NCBI GenBank assembly: GCA_964106645.2
Contig: OZ067051.1
Source of the DNA: Podarcis pityusensis
Lineage: Eukaryota
Length of the DNA stretch: 64,000 nucleotides
Direction: 5' to 3' (one strand)
Each line of letters begins with the position of its first letter. Position 1 is the first letter of the stretch. A model generated the notes under the pieces. The model was given only the letters and a program-made list of their open reading frames with translations, did not search any database and was not told where the DNA came from. This document shows positions 13,401 to 25,400 of this stretch, in pieces. A program made the translations under genes and the position numbers.

Positions 13401-16400
13401 GAAGATGTACCCTCTTAAAATGCTCTTAGCTACCTTGAAAGACTGCGCGGAAAGGAAAGAAAGGGAGACTTTCCCTAAGTATATGATAAAGTACTAGAAC
13501 TGGGTTTTGTTCCTAAAGCCCCAAAATAGTTTTGTATTTTGCAGCCAACTGAGGAGAATTTAAATTTAAAACTTTAAATGGAGTTACAAGTACATAAGAC
13601 GTCTAGGCCAGCATCTTGTTTCTCAGAGGTCCAGCCCCAGGTATTCAGAATCATTTGATCATGGAGGTTTGTGTACAGCTAGCCTGACTGGTAGCCATAA
13701 AGAGCGTTCATGGGTTTGTTTAATAATTCTCATTCAGAGCATTGGTGAACATCTTGGGACATCAAATTCCATGGTTCCACTATATATTTTGGGAAGAAGG
13801 CCTTCCTTTTGTCTGTCCTGAATCATCCAACATTCAGCCTTATTGAATGACCCCGCTGGTTTCATGAGAAAGGAAGAAATCTTCTCTGTATCTAATTTTG
13901 CCATACCATGCTGAATTTTATATCTCTTTAGCACATATCTCTCTCTCTCTCTCTCTCCCTCTCTCTCCCTCCCTCCCTCCCTCCCTCCCAACACACACAC
14001 TGCTTACCCTTTTCTTAAACTAAAAAGATTTAGAGGGCTGACATTATTAAACCTGACTACCTAGTTTATTCATTTCAATGGATCACTTTGGCAGAACACC
14101 CCCTAAACTATGTCACCTTTCTGTATAGGAGAGTTGTGCCAACCCCTTCTCTCCTTCGTTCGGGTTGCCCATTTCTGCACCTTTTCCAGCTCTCCAACGG
14201 CCTTTTTGAGGCACAGAAACCAGAACGGTACACAATATTCCAAGTCATTACAATATAGGGCGATTCCCCCTCCCCCCACTTTCCTAAAGATCCCTCAAAA
14301 GGAATTCACCATATGCAATTGGCCCACTGATCTCACCTGAGCAAAGCTGCTCCTGGACATCGCCAGGACCTGGACATCTGTGTCCAAGGCTGGATCCAGA
14401 AGCATTCCAAGCTGCAAACCTGAGCTTTCAAGGGGGATGCAGCTTCAGCCAAGGCAGACTGAATCCCCATTCCCTGAGCTGCCATTCTGTGACTAGGAAA
14501 ACATCTGTCTTGTTGGGATTAAGCATCATTTTGTTAGCCCTTTTCTGATCCAATGCTAACTGCAAATGCTAATGTAGGAGTTGGGGGGGGGGAGAATGGA
14601 TTTAGATGGGAAGGAAATATAGAGTTGGGGGTCACCCACATCTCAGTAGCATCAAATCCCCAAAGCTTGCATGACTTCTCTGAGCAGTTTATTAATGAAC
14701 AAGTTAAAAAAATCTAGTCCATGTGCAGCCCCTCCTTTAGGATGAGAATTGTTCAAATGCAAGGAGATGAGTCAGATGAGGACTGCAGGAGTTGAGTGGC
14801 TCCATCTACAAAAACATTACCTGAAGGCTCACTAGGTCACCCACCTTGCGTCTGCGCTCCCTCCTCTGTGTGGGTGCCACCCACCTGCCTTGCAAAGCTG
14901 ACATCACTGCTCCTACCACAGTCAGAGATTCCTAGGCATTTGGGGGTGGGTGACTCTTGTTTTTCTAGTTCTCTTTGACCCATCAGCTACTGACAGGTCA
15001 CCCTACAGGTAGGTCTAGTTGCTGCGAAGTGCTGCAAAGGCAGGCCACCACCAGCAGATTCAGAAAGGGAGTGGACATCTTCCTGGAAAAAGAGTGGGGG
15101 CTCATCAGTTGAGCCCCACAGGTTTCTGGGCAGTGCCAAGAAGCGAATGGACAGTGGCAAAACTGCCCCCCTCCAGGGCCAAACTCTCTTTTTTTTCACG
15201 TGGTCGGCCACAGAGCCAAATCCCAGCAGCCATCAGAATGGTATGCAGGAATCCAGAACAGATGATGGCTTTGTGCTTTGTCTGGCCCTGCTGGAGCCAT
15301 TGGCCTGGCACACATTGTCAGCCACAAGGAGAGGAGTTCCTGCCCACTCGCAGGGCCAAGGGTTCTCTCGTTGCCCAGCTTCTAGTCTGCCCCCTCTCCA
15401 AAGGGCAAGAGTGGAACCCTAACCCATTTGCATGGGTGTTTGAAGGCAGAAGTAGAGGTGGGGCTGCGGTTTTCTTGCAATAAATTTAACTATGGGCAGG
15501 GAGGATGCAAAGAACTCCCAGCCACAGTATGCATGGCTTAGTCCAGAGCTCTAGCGCCATCTAACGTCTTGATCTGGTGCACCATGTCTCAAGGGCCAGG
15601 CAGGGTATTGAGGAGATGTCAGATTTCCAGTTCCCTTAGATTTCTTTAGATCAGTTGATCAAACTCTTCCAAGGGACCCCTGTGTAGAGCATGTTATAGT
15701 AGATGAATAGACTGCTGTAATGCACTCCATGTGGGGCTGCCTATGGAGACTTCACATGAAACAGAATGCATGTGGAGGAGAGCATAAAAAAGCATAGAAC
15801 AAGCCTGGGCTTTCCCTGACCCATAGGTTTGGACCCTGTTTTATGGGTATGAACCCCTTAAATTTCTGCTTGATTTAGGTGTTTAGTCTGTCTTATTGGC
15901 TGTATTTTAGATTTTATATTGTATATAACATACACTATTTAGAGATTTTTGAAATATTAAGTAGTTTAGAATTACTTTTTTAAAAGTATAAGTAAATAAG
16001 TCATCACTACTACATACCAAATGCCTTTAGCTCTGATTTGCTTCTGGGCTCAATTTAAAATGCTAATCTGGACCTTTCCATCCATAAATGGTTTGAATGT
16101 TGGTTTTATTTGATGGACCACCTGCATATGAAGCTGCCTGGGCCCCAGAAGCCTTCCTTGCAGGCTCGTGGCCAGATACAACAGGCTAACAGGCATTAGA
16201 GATGAGGCCTTTTTAGGAGTGGCTCCGGATCTTTGGAATTCTTGCTCAAAAGAGGTCTGCATGGCCACATCTTTGTTCATTTTAAAATGAGACTTTAAAA
16301 CTTACTTGTTTCAGATTGCATTCTGTTAGAAGTGTGGTGAGGTGGGTTTTACCCTGCTGCTGTTTTTAGTTTTTGTAACTGGATTCTTTCATTTATACTT

Positions 16401-19400
16401 TAAAAACTGTTTTATGGTTTAAAGATCTTTTGCAAGCTGCCTGGAAGAGCTTTGGCCTGAAAGGTGTTGCAGGGGAGCTTTACATAGACAGCCTTGAAAC
16501 CAGGTTGTGAGGCCTTTACAGCTTCTTCCCACTGGGGCATTGGAGAACCTAGTTTGGTCCACATTTGTAAGCAGGCCAACTCATTTGCATTTGTCAGATG
16601 GGATGCTTGGCCTGCAAGAGGAGAGTACAAGAGGAAAGGAGAGATGGGCTGCAAGCTGCAGGTACCAGGAGATGGTGGAAGCAGCCAGGAGTTCTGCAAA
16701 GGCCTCTGGAATCTGCTGGGGAGGGGAGATGGGGTGGGGGGTGGGTGGGAAGGCCAGCAAACAAGAGGCTGCCATCTCCTGGACACCTGTCCTTGACCCA
16801 GTGGCTTCTCCACGCCCCTGCCTGGCCTGCCTCCTTCCCCTGCCCACTTCTTGCAATATCAACTGCGAGCAGAGGAAATCCTCTGATGCAAGCAGAATAC
16901 TAAGCAGCCAAGCTTTGTTTTCCTGGGAGAGATTACTGACATGAATTGCTGCAGCAGCAGCCAGCAGCTGGGCAGGCCCACAGAGGGTTGGAGGCAGGCA
17001 GGGTGCTCTCTGGTGGCCAGCTTTGTCCTTTAAGGCTTAGTCTGAAGCTGGTGCAGGTGACCAGGCACAGAGGCCAAGGCCAACCAGAAACGCTCCCTGC
17101 TGGGCTTCAGTGGGAGAGGACCAGTGGCAGTGTGGTGAGCATCCTCCTCTGCGATACCTGCAATCCATGAAATGCTGCAGGTTCAGTGGCAAGACACCCA
17201 CACCCCTCCCACCACTTTCTGGGTGCCTTGGGATTGGGAACAGAAGAAAATTAAGTGGGGGTGGGGGGAACCGTTGCTCAGCAAATGTATATTGACAAGA
17301 GGTTTTGCATCCTCTTTGCAAGGCAAGTGAGGGGGCATTCCCAAGAGACTCTGGAAGGAAGGAGGAAGGGGATGCAGCAGAGGGAGAGAGGGAGATGGTT
17401 TCCTAAACAGAGGCCTTTGGGGAGAAGTGGTCCTCAGCTTTGGCCTGGCTCAACCTCCTTGTTTAGTGGCTCGGAGGAACATTTGTTTGTATATCCATTC
17501 ACTTCTTAAGGAGTTCCTGGGTTGCTAGTCACACAGTGCTGGGCAAAGCAGCCTCATGCTTCCAATGAGCATGACTCATTTTTTCCAGAGCTTGACCCTA
17601 GAGAATGAAAGGTGTGCTTGATTTTTGTCATAAAATCATTTTATGAACACCCTCCCTCCTTTAAAGCATTTCCCGAACACCCTCCCTCCTTTCAGAATCC
17701 TCTGTCCATCTTCATCTATAGAGAAATACAGAGAGCTGGAAGGGCCAGGGAGGGGAGGGGAGTTGAGCAGCTCATGGCTTCAGCTCAGTCCTTGGAGCCC
17801 AGAGCAGCTGCTGTACGATGGATGCCAAGCAGGAACAGCTGCTGTAGTGCAAAATCCTGGGTGCGCGCGCGCACACACACACACACACGCACGCACGCAC
17901 ACACACACACTGTGTGTCTGTCTTTTTTTTTTTTTAATGGATGCATTTTAAATTGGCCACAGAGCTCAACCCATGGAGTGTTTTACAACTCAGCAGCAGG
18001 AGCCCAGGCTCCCAGGGAAAGTACCGGGTTGGGCAGCTCATCTCTTTTGCAAGGATTACTGCAGGCTCATGAGGAACCCTCACCACACACACACTGCTCA
18101 TTTCCCAAACTCACAACTGCCTGCACAATTCTGAGGAGTGGGGAGGGGCTGCCCGAAGCTAGAGCATTTGCAAGATCCATGCTATGGGCATGCTTATGTC
18201 TTGCTCATTGAACATCCAAACACATCTGCACATCCAGCAGTGCTGGAAGAAGCTTCCTCATCAGCACCCATCTCAAATTTGCAGGACTCCAGAGCAGCCT
18301 TTTAGCCCTAAAGCAAATCACTTTCCGTCCCAATGAAAGCTGAAGTCAGCCCCCCAAATGGCTAGCATAAACTGTGCAGAGCAATACTGCCTGTGCCAAA
18401 ATGTATTGGTCTAGTTTGGTTTTCATTTGTTGTTTGAAGCCACTCACCAAGGAATCTTCCTGCAGCTTCCCTGGGGTGGGAGTTCAAAAGTAGCTGGTCT
18501 GGGCTACTGTACTGGAGGTCACTTCCCCCAGGAAGAGGGCAGGGAAAGCTGAAGCCAGCTTGGAAACTGCCAGCCCTTCCAGCTTCTCCTGGATAGCCAC
18601 AATGGCCTGGTTCTGAAGGCAGTTGTTTTGCCCTTGGGCTCTGACTATGAGCACGTGTTTTGAACATAGCCTTTTCTACTGTCTCCCTAGGTCAGAGGAC
18701 CCTCCACCACCAGAGCGAGGACCTGGACACAGTCATCCTAGTAAACCCTGATGAACAGAGCACTGTGTCAGAGGTAAAGCTCTGGGGTTCCTGTCTACCT
18801 GGGGTCAATGTAACCAATGGGATTACACCTCTAAGAGTTGCTACAGTGGCATGGTGCAAAAGTTGCCCGCTTCTTGACTTTGGGGGCAAACCAGCTGCAA
18901 ATCCCTTGTGAAACCATCCTCCTGCCCCGTCAGGATAAATATTTATGCAGGGGAGTAGATAAAGGCCTTAAAACAAAGACCCTCCTGCAAAGCCCTGTGC
19001 TCAGGACTGCACCAAGTTTCCTCCCCCACTTCTAGGGACCTGGCTGCCTTCCTGCTTTTCCTCTCTGCCTGCAGCTAAATTTGACTGCACAGATTATCCT
19101 GACCAGGTGTGGGAGGTATTTGGGTTCCCTGCCACCCCTCCTGTGACCTTGCCTGGGGCAGGGCTGGGATATTATGGGGCTGTGTCTAGAGCCCAGACTC
19201 AAGCATGTTTAGGCAAGATGCAAAGCTGCCTTTCAATGGGGCTGCCTTTCCAAGCTCATTCATCAGACATGGCTGTTTGCATTATCCGAGTGAGGGCAGC
19301 ATTTCTGCAAGTCCAAAACTCAGGAGCTGAAACTGTCTCTCCTGCTGCAAACAGGTTCGTTCCTTGATATGTGACCCTTCTGCCTACAAGCTGCTAGTGC

Positions 19401-22400
19401 TCTGTGGACAGAGCACAGACCAAGAAGGAGATTTGATCCTGCAGGCTGGGACCTTCACCTACCAGAAATTTGCTGAGATCCTTGCAGATCCAGAGGTAAA
19501 TTGGGTGGGTAGAGAATCTGGGATTTGTATGTGTAGGAATCTGGCTGACATAGGTGGCTTTGGAGGCCATCCTCAGGCTGTTGTCTTCTTTTTAGTCCTA
19601 GCTTAAGTCTTTTTTCACAGCTTGTCTTGGAAAATCCTTTGCCTAAGATTAACACCCCGCGGTGTCATGGGGACTGAGTTTGGGACCACCTTAAATGAGG
19701 ATTGCTGCTACTACTGTTGTACACGTTACAAATCTTCCCAGGCATTCAGGATGTATTACCAGAACTTTATTCACCATGCATTCCAACTCCTGTCTTATTG
19801 TAGGCTTGGGAAACACTCGATTTCCTGCAGAGGCCCCTTTCAGATTATTAGTCTCCAGAGTAACATATTTCCAGGATGCTATTATTTATACATCTGGTGG
19901 ACACCTCTGGCCACCCAAGAACAATAGTTAGTTACATAGGTTGACTGGTAGGTTTGCAGTTCTAGTTAAAGGTTGAGCTTGCATGGATTTGACTAAAGAA
20001 GACATTTTGGGGTTTTTTGTCAAGGACCTTTTGTGGTGCTTCTGACTATTGCCTGCTTCTGACTCTTGTAGGTTGCCCAGCTTCTCAGCAACACAGATCC
20101 AGCTTCCAAGGCCTCCCTGACTGTGTCGTGCTTGGGAGAGGGAGATTGGAGCAACCTAGGACACCCCCGATTCCAGGACCTTCTCAGTCTGAGACTGAAC
20201 CCTGACCCAACTCTGCCAGAGATGGATGGGATCTCTGAGTTTGCCGAGTATGTCTCTGAGACAGTGGATGTCCCATCTCCCTTTGACCTCTTGGAACCCC
20301 CAACCTCAGGGGGCTTCCTCAAGCTGTCCAAGCCCTGCTGCTACATCTTCCCTGGAGGGAGGGGGGATTCAGCGCTCTTTGCCGTCAATGGGTTCAACAT
20401 CCTGGTGGATGGTGGTTCAGAGAGGAAGTCCTGTTTCTGGAAGCTGGTGCGGCACCTGGACAGAATTGACTCTGTTCTCCTGACCCACATTGGGGCCGAT
20501 AACCTCCCTGGCATCAATGGTCTCTTGCAGAGGAAGATCGCTGAGCAGGACGAGGAGCAGTCTCAGGGCTCCACCAACTACAGTGACTGGATGAAGAATC
20601 TCATCTCCCCTGAGCTTGGGGTGGTTTTCTTCAATGTCCCTGAGAAGCTCAAAATGCCCGAGTCTTCCATGAAGGTCAAGAGAAGCATTGAGGAGGCTAG
20701 CCTGACCCTGCAGTACCTCAACAGGCTGGGCGTGAAGCCAGAGCCCCTTTACAGGGTAGTCAGCAACACAATTGAGCCCATCACCTTGTTCCACAAAATG
20801 GGTGTTGGGAAACTGGACATGTATGTCTTGAACCCAGTCAAGGAGAGCAAGGAAATGCAGTTCCTCATGCAGAAGTGGGCTGGGAACAGCAAGGCCAAGA
20901 CGGGCATCATTCTGGCCAATGGGAAGGAAGGGGAGATCTCTGTACCCTACCTGACCTCCATCACCGCCTTGGTTGTGTGGCTCCCAGCAAGTCCAACGGA
21001 AAAAATAGTGCGAGTTTTGTTCCCTGGGAATGCACCACAAAACAAGATTTTGGAAGGGCTTGAGAAACTCAGGCACTTGGATTTCCTGAAGTATCCTGTT
21101 GCTACGCAGAAGGAAATTGCCTCTGGCCTTCCCACCCTGGCACTCAAGCAGACCAAGATCAAGCAGAGGACAGACAGCAAGGAGAGCCTCAAGTCTTCTA
21201 AGCCGGCAGCTGCCAAGGCAGGTGGTGAGGAGGGAGCAAAGGAGGTGAAGTCCGAGGTCCTCAAAGAGGCCAAGACAGAGAAGAAGGCCAAGGAGCCCCT
21301 GGAAAAGCCCCCCAAGGCAGAGAAAGTAAGAATGGACTCCAGTGATGCCCTCAAAGCAGAGAAAAGGAAACACAGCAAGGACAAAATGGGCAAGAAGCAC
21401 CTCAAGGAGAAAGTGTCTAAGCTGGAGGAGAAAAGGGACAAGGAGAAGAAAGAGATCAAGAAAGAGAGGAAGGAGATTAAGAAAGACGATGGGAAGAAAG
21501 AGGAAAGGAAGGAGTCAAAGAAAGAAGAGAAAAAGAAGGAAGCCAAGCCGGAGCTGAAAAAGATTTCAAAGCCAGACTTGAAGTCATTCACCCCTGAAGT
21601 GAGGAAGACTTTGTACAAGGCAAAAGCTCCTGGTCGGATCAAAGCGGAGAAAGCTCGCAGCAAAGCTGAGAAGGACGCTGCCCATGGAGAGCCAAAGAAG
21701 GCCTTGCCTGTGCCCAGGAAGCCACCAAGCCAGCCCCCAGAACCAGCAGGCGTGGCTGAGCACAGGCTGGTCTTGTCTTCCCCAGAAGACCTCACCAAGG
21801 ACTTTGAGGAGCTGAAGGCTGAAAAGCAGGCCAGGCTTCCAGAGGCACCTGGTCCTGCAGAAGGAGAGGCAGGAAAGCAGGGTCTTAGTGATGTGGCTGC
21901 TCAGGAGACAGACCTGATCCCAGAAGGAGTCAGTGGCCCAGACTCCTGGTCCCAAGGTGCAACAGAGGAGGAAACGGGCAAGGAGGGAGGAGGGGAAATG
22001 CCCAAAAGACCTGATGAGAGAGCAGCAGCCTTGGGGGAGCCCCTTGAGAGAACAGCAGAAGTCTCCGGAAAAGAAGCAGGAGAGAGATATATAATGCGGG
22101 CTTCCGGTGACTGCTCGGAAGACAAATATTCTGCTTTGGAAATGAAGTGGATGGAGACACAGGCAGAGAGGCAAATGGACAGGAGAGACAAGGGATTGGA
22201 ACAGGCAGAGCTGGAAGGAACTGAACAGCCCCTTGCAGAGGCCAAAAGGGAAGAGGCAGAGAAGAGTGAGCTTTCTCTCTTCCAGCAGCCAGAAAGTCCC
22301 CTCTTTCCCTCCAGAGGGAAAGAAAAAGAGGCCAAGGAGGAAAGCAAACTGCCTGGGAAGCAAAGAATGGGCAAGGGGGAGGAAGAGGAATCCTGCCTGG

Positions 22401-25400
22401 GCAGCGCTCCAGCCCCACTTGGAGAACACATCTCCTACATCCAGGATGAGACCATCCCTGGCTACTCAGAGACAGAGCAGACCATCTCCGATGAAGAGAT
22501 CCACGATGAGCAGGAGGAGAGGCTGCCCCAGCTCAAGACAGATATTAGCTCCTCTGACATTGCGGTGCCAGACCAGACCGGCTCCTTTGAAGCTATCCAC
22601 GGGATCCAGGCCATGGCAGCTGCTGGCCAAGACCCTGCAGTCCTTGCCTACCCCACCAACATTGTGGCTGCCCCCTTGGCAGAAGAGGAGCATGTTTCTT
22701 CAGCAACATCCATCACAGAGTGTGACAAGCTCTCCTCTTTCGCCACCTCTGTTGCAGAGGACCAGTCTGTTGCCTCGATAACAGCACCGCAGACAGAGGA
22801 TACTGGCAAAAGCTCCTTGCTGCTGGATACAGTGAACAGCATCCCTTCCTCTAGAACAGAGGCTACCCAAGGTCTGGACTATGTTCCCTCTGCTGGCACC
22901 ATTTCTCCCACATCTTCACTAGAGGAGGACAAAGGCTTCAAGTCTCCACCTCCAGAAGACTTCCGTATACAAGCAGAAGGTGAAAGAAGGCTTGAGGCCT
23001 GCAAAAAGGGCCTGCAGCAGCAACAGGAACCAGAACAGGAGGAGGAGGAAGAGGAGGAGGAGGAAGAAGATGAGACACCAAATATTGAGAAGCCTTGGAG
23101 AGCGCAGGGTCATTATGATGCACCTTTGTTTTCTCAGCAAGGGCCCCTGGGAGATGGTTTAACAGGAGGGCCAGTGGAAGGATCCCAAGAGGCCGTGCTG
23201 ATACTTGACGGAGAAGCCCAGTTGCTGCAGGTAGTTGCAGGCTCTGGTGAGGCTGAAGAGCGGTGCATGAGCCCTGATGACAGCACAGTCAAGATGGCAT
23301 CTCCCACCCAGTCGGGCCCCACCAGCGCTGGGCACACACCTTTCCACCAGTCCCCTGTAGAGGAGAAATCGGACACTGTGGAGGCTGAGCTGTTTGACAA
23401 GTCTTCTGAGGCCCCTGTGAAATGGGATGAAGAAGGAAGTCCCAGCAAAGCCACTGAGATCTCCAGGGCTTTTGAAGGAGAGGTTGCTGCTACTGAGGGG
23501 ATCTTTTCTGGAGAGAAAGAGGCATCAGCTGTCCTTCAGGACAAGCCTGTCCCAGAAAGTGTGGCTGCATCAGAATCTGCACCTGTCCAGAGTGAGGATC
23601 GGAGACTGCTTCTTGAGAAAGAGGAGCTGGCCATCAGCTTCTACCACAAGCAAGAGACCCTGGACATTTCTGACCTTTATCCTCTCACCAAAGACACACT
23701 TCTAGAGCCCAAAGAGGGCTCTCCACTGAAGGGAGCAGACACTACCGAGGAAGCCTCCCAGGAAAGCATGAAGTGCCCTGCCCATGAGGTGCTCTTCTCT
23801 GCGGCTGAAATTCCTCCTCCAGAAGGGTGGGAGGAACTTTCCGATAGAGCTTTTGGTGAGAGTTCTTCGCAAGTGCCCACAAAACCGCTTTCACCAGAGG
23901 AAGCAAAGGTGTTCCCATTTATTGAAGACACTCCTGGGAAAGCAAAATATTCAGATGATTTTGCCATGGAAAAAATGCCAGAAGATGGGAATGCCCTACA
24001 TTTCACAGAGCGCAGCTTAGGCCAAGAGGGACCCCCCGCAGTTGCTATCAAATACACTTCCCCAGAAGGTAGCGACATTTCTGTGAGCCTTAGTGAAGAA
24101 ACCTCTTTGCACTTGTTCACAGGAGAGAGTTCTCAACCTGATGCTCAGTCTCTGTCTACAAAAGAGGTCCCTGCTCAGAAGTCCTCATCAGACGTGTTCA
24201 CAGAACAATTCTCTCCTGAAATGAGCTACCAGGCTTACACAGAGCAGAGCCCTTTTGGAAGCAAAACATCTGAAGCTTTGGCCAAAGACAATTCATTTAG
24301 TTCCCTTTCATTCCATGGGAAGGATCCATTCCAAGACAGTCATGCCACCCTCACGATGTCTTCTGCAGACACTATTATGGAAGATGCCAGAGCCGTATCC
24401 TTAGCTGAAAAAGAGCCCATCAAAGAACCATCTCCAAGACCTTCCCCCAAAGAAAGTCCAGGTTCAAAGTCTTCAAGCTTCACAGAACCAAGCCCAGTTC
24501 TAGAGAAGGAGCCCTCGCAAGTCTCCTCTGAGGAGATGGGGCCTTGTCGGTTGCTGGAAGAGGAGCAGGATACTGAAGAGGAGGAGGAGGAGGAAGAAGA
24601 GGAATCTCCAGAAATGGAAGATATTTATCTGAAAGACACAAACTCTGAGAAGAAAGTGTGGTTTCCAGAGGAGATGAAGGAAGTGCCATGCAAAGAGCAA
24701 AAGCCAAAGTATGGGAAAGAAAGAGGGGAATGTACCTTCTTGGATGAGGAAGTAGAAAAACATGAAACAAAGGCTCCTCCCATGACTGAAGAGGGAGTGA
24801 TTTCTCACTCTGTGGCCGAGTCTGAAGATGACATTTCTGGACTGGCCACGAAAGACATTTGGGACTCAGGATACAGGCACTTCCATGAAAACGTTGCCAC
24901 TTTGAAGCAAGAGACACCTCCTGAGAATCGCTTTCCCCATGTGAGTGACAAGGTTGTGGCCCAGCAGATGCCAGAAACAACATCTGACCAAACACAGGCA
25001 TTTCCACAAGCAGCTGCTGAACACAGTGCCATGGACACAAAGGAATCCAAGATGCCTGGCTCCAAAAGCCCCCCATCTTCTGGGCTAGAAAGTGTGTCAA
25101 CATCCGGCCTGGAATGGGCCATACTGTCCCCTCCACACCAGGTCAAGATTCCACCTACAACAGGGTGGAGGGAGGAGTCCCCGCTTGGGCAAGCTGAGGA
25201 GGAAGTGGCCACAGAGCCATGGCCCAGCTCTGTGGTGGAGCCTCCTGCTTTGGAAGAGAGAGAAGCATCTGCACCAGAGCAGCGAAAGTCCCCTGCAGTA
25301 GACCAAAGTGTGCCCACACTCCAATCAGGAACCACAGAGAGGAGATCAGAGAGTGATGATGTCTACAAAAGCAAGTGGGATCCCAAAGAGATGCAGGACA

